Source: Octopus vulgaris
Taxonomy: Eukaryota
Direction: 5' to 3'
Length of the DNA: 64,000 nt
Assembly: GCA_951406725.2 (NCBI GenBank)
Contig: OX597821.1
Span: 75,330,001-75,394,000, forward strand
Position numbers and translations under genes: made by a program. How positions within the stretch are numbered: the stretch's first letter is position 1; the number at the start of each line of letters is the position of its first letter. Positions 54,198 through 64,000 of this stretch are shown here, one piece after another. The notes beneath the pieces are model-generated. The model was not told the origin of the DNA, searched no databases, and was given only the letters and a program-made list of their open reading frames with translations.

Positions 54198-54727
54198 TGA
54201 AAGAAGAAGACAGCAACAACAACAATAACATCAATAGTAATAATAATAATGAGGAAAAAAGAAGGACGGAAAAGGTGATGATGAAGAAGAAGAGGAGGAG
54301 AACAAGGAGGACGAGGAGAAGGAGTAGGACGACGACGATGAAAACGACGATGCTGCTGCTGATGATGATGATGATGATGACGACGACGACGCCAACGACG
54401 CCAACCAGGAAGCTTTAAGAAAAGAAAACGACACAATGTGTGGATAAGAGAGAGAAAAAGAAGAAATGTTGGTTTCCCATTTCATTCTATTCTTTGCTCT
54501 TCTAAATTACAATCTTTCATCGAGACATCACTGAAGAGATACCATAAAACGTAACGTATGGTAAACAAGGGGTTTGAAAACATGCGGGGGTGGGGTGGGG
54601 GTATTGATGATGCTGTATAATTTACATTAGGTCGGGTTGAGTATTTATAAATACTCAACTACACAGAAATTAATATTAAATGTAATATAAAAGGCCGTCT
54701 TCAAAATTAAATTAAATAAAATTAAAA

Positions 54728-54805
<78 letters not shown>

Positions 54806-54821
54806 TATATATATAACAAAA

Positions 54822-54871
<50 letters not shown>

Positions 54872-54875
<4 letters not shown>

Positions 54876-55090
54876 CGGCGAGCTGGCAGAACCGTTAGCA
54901 CGCCGGGCGAAATGCGTAGCCGTATTTCGTCTGCTGTTACGTTCTGAGTTCAAATTCCGCCGAGGTCGACTTTGCCTTTCATCCTTTCGGGGTAGATAAA
55001 TTAAGTACCAGTTACGCACTGGGGTCGATGTAATCAACTTAATCCATTTGTCCCCTCTTTGTTTAGCCCCTTGTGAGTAGTAAAGAAATA
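54872..55090 (+). mobile_element. SINE family A, near-consensus, in (TA)n
   Basis: aaggcggcgagctggcagaaccgttagcacgccgggcgaaatg...gtcgactttgcctttcatcctttcgggg...ttgtgagtagtaaagaaata. Confidence 0.9.
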
Positions 55091-56114
55091 TATATATATA
55101 TATATATATATCAGTAATAATATAGGGTGAAATTAATTAATTTGGAATAATCATTAATTTCACCAAGTAGATTTCGGCATGTAAAAGCCTCATTCGAGGA
55201 AAATTTAAGTAATACTAAGTAATTAAGGGTTTAGCAACGATTTGCCTCACCACATACCGAATTTAGAAATAGCAGTCAAAGAGTTATAGCTATTCTTTCT
55301 ACTTATATATATATATATATATATATAAATAACACCAAAACATTTAGGGTTTCTACCCTCACACAGGTGAGAGACCAGTAATAGCGATCACCCTCTTTGC
55401 TTCTTTCAGCAGCCGTCTGCCCTGAATGTAGAAATTCTTACCTGTCTTCTCAAAATATAGGTATGGTAGATTACTTATTTGCTTCTTGTGGATTAAATTC
55501 CACTAAAAGAGGCTGATCTGACAATTCTTCCTGGCACTTCCTCTTACTAGCAATTTGGACGAATCTTAAATCACCGTTAGTAACTATTTTACTGTTGTGC
55601 CCGTTATTTTATGTAGCTTAAATCTACTTCGTGATCGAATGTTGTTGCTACAATTGTCGCTTGAAATATTTGTTATTGTGTTCAAAATAATATCTTTTCC
55701 CATTAAATATTTATTTAAGTGTTCGTTATTTGTATTTGGTTTACGTCTAAATTTTGTTTTAAAACTTGCTTTAGTGCTGGCTTTCTTTTAGATTGTTTTC
55801 TATTTCTGAACTATATCAACTTGTTCATTTTAAATTTCATGGTTAGAGAGGTTGCTCACACAATTTCTAGCCATTCTTCTTTATCTCGACAGCCTAAAGA
55901 AAAAAGGAAAAATTAACATACTTTGTATACCTGGCCAGCCCTGTACAGGTAGCATCCAAGCTTTCGGACGCTATCTATACGAATAGTTTTAATAAAAACA
56001 GTATTTCATCTCATAGAAAAACTTACACTTTGGAGAGCGTCTTGCTGGGTCAGAAGTGAATAGCATTAATAGTGACGCTGCTGCTGATGATGATGATGAG
56101 GAGGAGGATGATGC

Positions 56115-56180
<66 letters not shown>

Positions 56181-56475
56181 CGATGATCGTATATAATGTA
56201 GGAGTAGCCGGGAAGTTTGAGGAGAGACAGGTGAGTTAATATCGTCCATATTACAATTTCAATGGTAATTTATTTTATCGATCCTGAAAGGATGAAGCGG
56301 AAAATTGGTCGAGTTTTGAACTCAGAACCAACCCTGAAGAGAAGGAACAAATACGGCAAGGTATTTCATCAATCCCTTCCGGGGTCGGTAAATTAAAATA
56401 TTAGTTCGAGTAAGGCGTCTTTATAATCAAATGACTCTTTTCACACAATTCCTGTCTTTGTACCTATGTAAGAAA

Positions 56476-56518
56476 TTATTATTATAAATGATGATGATGA
56501 TGGTGGTGATGATGATGG

Positions 56519-56564
<46 letters not shown>

Positions 56565-56571
56565 AACAGTG

Positions 56572-56627
<56 letters not shown>

Positions 56628-56721
56628 CATCATCATCATCATTATTATTATCAGTAGTAGGAATAGTGATAGTAGAACTAGTAGTATCATCATCATCACC
56701 AATATTATAATAGTTATATGT

Positions 56722-56785
<64 letters not shown>

Positions 56786-56815
56786 TAATAATAATAATAA
56801 TAGCAAGAATAATAA
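56476..56815. repeat. compound (GAT)n/(ATT)n/(AAT)n microsatellite
   Basis: direct reading. Confidence 0.95.
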
Positions 56816-58049
56816 TAGGAGGAGTCCATCCAATAAACTCTACAACTACGTTACAAGATTTGGCTGTTTGCCTAAAGAAGGAATTTCTATCTTAAATCTG
56901 CCAACTTCGTTGCAGCTGGTCAACATTGTATGTTCACCAAGACGACAGGTTTCCTCAGAGAATCTGTAACTGATGAGCCATGATATTCCGGATCAATCAC
57001 TACAGTTATTTGACAAAGATATTAATCTTTACAACAGCCATTCATTTCGTGCTAGACTTTTGAAGAATTATTTCTGCTTCACAGAGAATTATACCCGACC
57101 TCCACACAAAATCATCTCGCTGAGAAAATGACTGATTCATGCGGATCAGTGATTTCTCATTATCCAGCTCTTCCTCTTCCTCTCTCTCTTTCCACTTTTT
57201 GCATTTATCGTACACATTGCTCTGTTATGCACACAAACATATAACTCTCACGTGCACAAACACACATACACAGGTATACACAAGAACATATATATTTACA
57301 CTTGTACTTGAATAAATACTTACATAAACACACATACATATTTCTCCTTGTGTGTGAGTGTGTGTGTGTGTTGTAAATCTATTTGAAACATCCATTTCAT
57401 TTTCTGTTAAGTTTTTCTATTGCTTTTCACCAATCATAACGGCAAGAGAAATTATAATAAAACATAAAGACCGCGATACCAAGGGAAAGTGACGAGTGAG
57501 ATGAAATATTTAGTTTACATAGAAAATGTTTTAAACTCATTGATCTGTTACAAAAAATAGTAAAAGAAAAGCAGGAATCGATTTCTTTGAGATAGCAAAA
57601 TATTATTGTATTAGTTGCTAAAGTGGTGATGTATTGGTCGACCGCATTAATTGCCTTACTATATAAGTTCAAATCTTACTGAGACTGGTTCCGCTCTTCT
57701 TCATTTGGACTGGGAGTGGATGGTCTAGAAAATAAATACCAGAGATATCTTCGGGTCGATTTAACCGAATATACTTCTTTCCTAAAAATTTGTGGCCGTA
57801 TACCACAATGCTAATATTCATAAAAAGAAATAGATTGCTGAGCAGAGAATTACTATGATAAGTTCATGGTAGAAAAGAGCTACCATGAACGTGTCTTGTG
57901 TGGTTTGCTTCAATCACGCTCTAACTTTTAGAAAACTAATCTGGTTCCAGAATAAACACATTAGGAATTAATTTTTGTTGTAAACATTAGGACAAGAGAT
58001 AAATTGACTGCAAGCTAATATCGGTTTTAAAATTCGGCCTTGGACCAAA

Positions 58050-58365
58050 ATTTGAAACCGATATTAGCTTGTTTCAAGACCAGCAAATTCGGCATGAGAG
58101 TGTAAGCCGATTTCATCTTCCCCAGTACGCAACTGGTACTTATTTTATCGACCCCGAAAGGCTGGAGGTAAAAGTCGACCTCGGCAGAATTTGGAATGAA
58201 AACGTAAAGACGAATGAACTGTCTCAAAACATTCCGCTGAGGTCGACTTTGACTTTCATCTCTTCGGAGTCGATAAATTAAGTACCAGTTGCGTACTTGG
58301 GCCAATCTAATCGACTGGCCCCCCCTTCCCAAAAATTTTGGGCCTTCTACCTAGAGTAGAAAAAA
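58050..58365. mobile_element. head-to-head pair of truncated SINE family A copies
   Basis: minus copy 58050-58215 and plus copy 58231-58365. Confidence 0.8.
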
Positions 58366-59279
58366 TAGTAATATATCCATAGACGTGATGATATTTCGAG
58401 TTTGAATGGCAATGACAGCAGCGAACAAAACGGCAACGAAGAGTGAAACGCAGTATCAACTTCAGAGAATGTTTTGCTTGAAGTCTGTATCTAGCTGGAT
58501 AGCTGAAAAGTGTTGCAACGATGGCCTTTTGTGATGCATTTGTACTGGCTTCAAGGTTAGACTACTGGAGAAAAAAGAAATTTGATCGATGCTCAGAGAG
58601 CTATTTTTGAAATGTATTTTTTTTTATTAGTATTTTCTGCAGCGGTGGTGTTGTCTTGGTAGGTGTTGTGTTGATTTTAGCCGTGTCTTTTACTGTTGTT
58701 CTATCGATTCGAAATTGGTATGTACTTAATTCCAGATAATGAAACTTGTTCCCTACATGTGACAATATTGAGTTCTTTTATATTAGAAACAAGTTAATAG
58801 GTTTTCACACAGAGAAAAACAATCGATGATGGAAATAAGTCGTGTACGTGATAGACTTCATTATAATATACACAACATTTGCATTGAGACGCCGGAAATG
58901 AATGTAAAGAGTAAATAATTGAAGGAGTGTCAATAGGTGAACTCCTGATTGCCTGAAATAAATGTGGTCTAGCAAAGCAATAAACAGCTAATAAAGTTAT
59001 AAGTATGGGTAAATTAGCTGTGCCCCCTGCTTAATCTTTTATCCAAGAAAGAATGCTTGTGAGTAGGTAGGGTATTGTATTACTGGTACCAATTCTATCG
59101 ATCGTGGCAGGATAAAAAGGCAAAAATCGATTTTGGAAGATTGTGTATAATGTTTGTACAATAGATGAAAAAAGTGATTTCAACAGCAGGAAATCTGATG
59201 AGATGGGCCTGTGTGTGCGTATGTATGTGTGTGTGTGTGTGTTTCTAACCATAAAATGTATTCTTAATTTTGTTCTTTT

Positions 59280-59840
59280 ACTTTTCTTTCCTCTTTTATT
59301 TATTAAACTACGGCCATACTGGGGCACTGCCTGAAAGAATTTTAGTTGAACATATTTTTGTTTTAAGCGTGGTGATTATTTTTTCGGTCTCTTTTGCAAA
59401 ACTGAGAACGAAACCACACTAACAGCCATTGTCAAGCAGTGGTGGGTGACTACACACAGACGCAAAGACACAAATACATACATGCACGCGCGCACGCACA
59501 CAACCACACACTCAACACACGCATAAGCACAGAGGATTTCTTTCAGTTTTCATCAAGTAAATCCACTCAGAAGGATTTTGGTCAGCCTGAGGCTATGGCA
59601 GAAGACACTTGCTCGGGGCACCACGCAGGAACCAACCTTCTCAGCACATACAGACACACACACTTACACACACACACACGTGTACATACGATGGGCTTCT
59701 TTCAGTTTCCGTCTACCAAAGCCATTCAAAATGCTTTGGTCAGCTATAGTAGAAAGCATTCACCTAATGTGCCGCGCAGTGAGACTGAATTCTAAAGCAT
59801 ATGGCTAAGAAGTAAAATTCTTCCGATACAGCCGCGCCTG
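59280..59840 (-). mobile_element. two SINE family B copies
   Basis: cores tctttcagtttt...aaatccactcagaagg and cttttcagtttccgtctaccaaa; head ends cagccgcgcctgc. Confidence 0.7.
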
Positions 59841-60299
59841 CGCCTGTTTGGCCAAGTTTCTCTTTCGATGATGTATAAATTTCAATTCTCACCACTACCT
59901 ATTTATATAATCTAATTTTATATGTATATCTAAATATAAGAAAGAAATGATTTTATAATTTGTCAGTTAAGTACCAGCTACAATACACAATGTAGTCAGC
60001 GCAACATAGTTACTGATGAAGTGATATTACACTCGTGCAGAAAACTCAGCGTTAACAACATTTTTAAACAAGAGAAGCAAGGGAGAGAATTTAGCAATTC
60101 AAATTGATGAAAATTAAATGAAATTATCCAAGAGGGTAATATATTATATATTATTATTATATGTAGAAAAATACAAACTGGGACAAGAACGCAAAACACT
60201 TAGAAGACGATACAAAAAACACGGACGGGACATTCGAAGCCCTCAATCTTCAGTCAAGAACCGGATCATCGTAGCAATTTCGGCTGATGGATGGATGGA

Positions 60300-60560
60300 T
60301 GGAAGCACTCCGTGGGTTACGACGACGAGGGTTCCGGTTGATCCGAATCAACGGAACAGCCTGCTCGTGAAATTATCGTGTAAGTGGCTGAGCACTCCAC
60401 AGACACGTGTACCCTTAACGTAGTTCTCGGGGATATTCAGCGTGACACAGAGAGTGACAAGGCCGGCCCTTTGAAATACAGGTACAACAGAAACAGGAAG
60501 TAAGATTGAGAGAAAGTTGTGGTGAAAGAGTACAGCAAGGATCACCACTATCCCCTGCCG
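60300..60560 (-). mobile_element. SINE family C 3' tail at the mariner 5' end
   Basis: gttccggttgatccgaatcaacggaacagcctgctcgtgaaatt...cagcgtgacacagagagtgacaagg, shared with 41735-41880. Confidence 0.7.
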
Positions 60561-61685
60561 GAATGACAAGTTAAGAAAAACGAGCATTTTCGACACCTTC
60601 TTTTTGCTTCTAATCAAGGTTCTAAGGCCGCAAAAGCTGTCCGTGACATCTGTGCTGAGTGTGGAGAGGATGCCATAGCTGAAAGAACCGAACGTGATTT
60701 GTATGCCAAGTTCAAAAATGGAAATTTCGACCTTAAAGACGCACCTCGTTCTGGCCGTCCAGTTGAATTCGATGAAAAGTGATTAAACCAACTTTTGCAC
60801 GAAAATTCTCGTCGAACGACAAGGGAACTAGCAGAGAAAATGGAATGCTCCCACACTGCTATAGAGAAGTATCTTCCCTCGATGGGAAAGGTTCAGAAGT
60901 ATGGAGCATGGGTTCCGCATGCTTAAAGTGACAACAACAAAAATCAACGATCCACAATCTCCACTGCTTTGCTTGTTCGTCACCACTCAACTCATGGACA
61001 CAGGCAACGATTTCTTTACCGAATCGTTACTGGTGACGAGAAATGGAACCTGTACATCAATATGAAGCAGCGTAAGGAGTGGCTTAGCCCCGGTAAACAA
61101 GTGACACCGCACGTGAAGCAAAATCTTCATCCGCGTAGAACGATGTTGTGCGTATAGTTGGACTGGGAAGTGATTATCTATTACGAATTGCTTGAACGGA
61201 ACCAAACGGTCAATGCGGAATTCTATGTTTAACAGATGGAATGACTCAACACGGCTATTCAAGAGAAAAGGCCTAATCAGCAGCATGGAGTTTTTATGCT
61301 GCACGATAAAGCCCACACTCATATCGCCAATATGACCAAGGAAGCCATTCAAACGCATGGCTGGGAAGTGCTGCCACACCCGCAGAGTGTACTCTCCGAT
61401 TTGGAATCAACGGATTTCCACCTCTTTCGATCTCTTTCAAATGCTATGAGCGGAGTTTCGTTCAATACTGATGCAGAATTGAGAGCTTAGTTGGATGAAT
61501 TTTTCGAGTCGAAATCGGGTGATTTCTACCAACGAGGTATTGAAAATCTTGTTGAACGTTGGGAAGAAGTTGTTAAAACAACAAGGGAGAATACATTATT
61601 GATTAATAAGTTATTATTTTTTATTAAACCTTTTAAAAAATTAAAATTTCAGAAAACAGTGGGAACTGAGTTGCCAATCCAATAT
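60560..61685 (+). pseudogene. near full-length mariner transposase pseudogene (DD34D type) with 3' TIR
   Basis: HTH region ...DAPRSGRP, WVPHA(L), IVTGDEKW, LHD, frameshifted YSPDL..TDFHLF and RWE.VV...GEY; several stops; TIR-like gggaactgagttgccaatccaata followed by TA. Confidence 0.92.
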
Positions 61686-61699
61686 AACGCTGGTGGTGT

Positions 61700-62053
61700 G
61701 ATGGAAAGCAAACGTTTAACCTGGTAATCTCAGTGAAGACAACAACACTGCACATCTAAGCGAGGGCAAATCAAGGTCACATAAACACGCGAATTCACCC
61801 ATGGTGCGTGTCCCTTCGTTGGTTGGGATGCGCAACATATTCCCTGATTGGTACAAGTTCAAATTAATTTTTCTTTATCAGAGACATGTAGTGCAATATC
61901 AGTTGATCGTGGTGTCATTGTTATCAACGACCAGGACAATACCGGAGTGCATTGTGTGTGGTGCATACGTTCCGCTTGAACTCGAAAATTGAGCATATAA
62001 TACAATTTGGCTGTAGATCATAACACTAGGGCAACGCCGGAGTGTATTGCTAG
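61700..62053 (+). mobile_element. Helitron-like 3' end (5' boundary uncertain)
   Basis: gggcaacgccggagtgtattgCTAGt resembles the gcaacgccggg...tgCTAG terminus of the 19898 element. Confidence 0.5.
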
Positions 62054-62077
62054 TTTGTGTGAGTGTGTATGTGTGCC

Positions 62078-62119
<42 letters not shown>

Positions 62120-62840
62120 AAATATTATCTGTCGCACATACATAGTGTATGTGTTTTGCGTCCGGGAAATGCTCCGCAAACGACATCAAGTGTTAAAGAA
62201 CACGTGAATATCATAGATCAGGTGAGACAGGTCGCTTCAGAATCACCAAGGATTTTAGATATCGATATTTCACCATTATTGTGGTACATTAATGGCACAC
62301 ACTCGGATCTATGTCTTATATAAATCTATGACATATATCCAAATAACACCCGGCCTCGTTTGGGGGAGCTTTCACCGGACGTTATCCCGCAGCAAATTTA
62401 GCGTATAAATGAAGTACAGCCATGTCTGGATGAAAATATTTCTTTAACTTGCATCATTAATAAATTTAATAAATGCATGAACATCACAACTTCCCTTTAT
62501 TCTTGCCTTCTCCTTATTAACGTAATAGACAATTATTTCGTTGCACTACTTTTTGTCTCGATATCGCTTCGTAGTAGTTTTCAGTATTAGCGTGGTCTTA
62601 GTATGGCTGCCAGAGCAATTTGCACAGATCTGTCATCGAATAAAACATTACAGAGTAAATATCGCTGACATAAATATCCTCACCGCTAAGCCTTTGATTC
62701 GTTATCATCCTCCTTCAATGTATTTTTATAATACTGTACAATAACTGATACACGTGACTTAACTATCACACCAGCGGCTTAACTTTTTCCAGAGTTATTT
62801 TCTTAAGCTGCTATTGACAGAGTGTATGTGTGTGTGTGCT

Positions 62841-62842
<2 letters not shown>

Positions 62843-62878
<36 letters not shown>

Positions 62879-62976
62879 CTAGCGAGAGAGAGGAAGAGAG
62901 AGAGAGAGAGGGAGTGCTAGCGAGAGAGAGGAAGAGAGAGAGAGGGAGTGCTAGCGAGAGAGAGGAAGAGAGAGAG
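62843..62976 (+). repeat. (GA)n-derived minisatellite x3 (gagtgctagcgagagagaggaagag...)
   Basis: three units with variable GA length. Confidence 0.9.
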
Positions 62977-63689
62977 ACGTGGGGGAAGAGAATGAGAGAG
63001 AGTGAGTGTTAGTGTTTATGAGAAAAAAAAAGGAGTTGTTTGTAAGGTGTCCATGTTTTGTTTACTTCACACCATTGTTGTTAGTGTTGTTGTTGTTTTT
63101 GTCTCATTTGAAACTCGCTTTGCTTTGTGATACTTTCTATAAATCTTAAATGTGTTCTAATCCGTAAATTGGAGAGCTAAATGGATCATGTTGGCATTAT
63201 AGATTGAAATCTATTCACGATGTATATCAATTGAAAAATCTAGGTGAAGGGCAGACTGAAATTTTACTTTTGAGAAGAAGCAAAATATTCGAGCCGGGTT
63301 TCCAGCCGCCTGAAAACATAACGTAAGTTAGAAAGCCTTCTTAATACAACAGAAGCATTCATTTCCTATCGCCGCAACCCCCACCTACTCACAGACGCAC
63401 ATGCACGAACTTACACAAATACACGTGAGCGCATATGTATACAAACACGAAGGCAAATATACGCATGAAAACATACATATCCACGCATGTATATTATGTT
63501 TGCAGTGTCTGAATCGATTCCCTCATCTGTCCAGTAAAATAAATATTATCAACTCTGTTTCAGCGATACTTTTATACAATTTCAATCTTAGAAGTTTTAT
63601 TTCAGAAAGACGATACTGTATGTTACCCTTTGGGAGAAATTAGCCTCCCTAGTAAGTATTAATACAGATATTCTTCACACACACACACA

Positions 63690-63720
<31 letters not shown>

Positions 63721-64000
63721 TTAGCAGAAGTACTACTGTTATTAATTTATCCATCCGCTATAATAAATATATCGAGTCAGGTACTTAGCAAGATCAGCAC
63801 AGTTAACCAAAGAAGATCCGCCATGTTAATTTATTGAGGGTTTGTGATGAGATGAGATAATATCGTTCTCAGTACTCAATTATTTCCTCTGTTTAACGCT
63901 GATCACGTGATACCTTCTCTCTGGTATTCCTGCCGTCCCTCTTCTTCCTTTAGTGTCCATACTTCTCTAGCTCTCCCCTAATTGCCAAATCCGGTACTGC

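Noticed and set aside
60013-60045. CUGAUGA-AGUG...CACU hammerhead candidate
   Set aside because: Stem II forms but is followed by CGUG rather than GAAA

Overview
AT-rich, repeat-saturated eukaryotic non-coding DNA. The dense (TA)n/(CA)n/(TAA)n/(TAGA)n/(GA)n microsatellites and the tRNA-derived SINE families point to an octopus or other coleoid cephalopod genome (inference from remembered repeat families, not verified). I found no intact protein-coding gene, tRNA, rRNA or CRISPR array, and nearly all ORF-track entries are translated microsatellites or SINEs. Recognisable content: at least three SINE families (many with target-site duplications, some as dimers or trimers), decayed LINEs (CR1-like, Jockey/I-like, RTE-like, and two restriction-like-endonuclease R4/Dong-type 3' ends inside microsatellites), two mariner relics, an Academ-like transposase relic, non-autonomous Helitrons and MITEs. 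The most interesting signal is a set of short cassettes inserted in (TA)n tracts that carry minimal type I hammerhead ribozyme folds: one with a canonical core at 34160-34217 (minus strand) and a tandem pair of core variants at 35976-36013 and 36527-36564. These look like Penelope pLTR or retrozyme units. There are also two large fold-back palindromes (28841-29038, 30160-30763) and two candidate regulatory regions (RFX X-box plus ETS at about 31250; CpG-rich patch at about 52300-52560). All alignments and folds were done by eye, so the boundaries of decayed elements are approximate.
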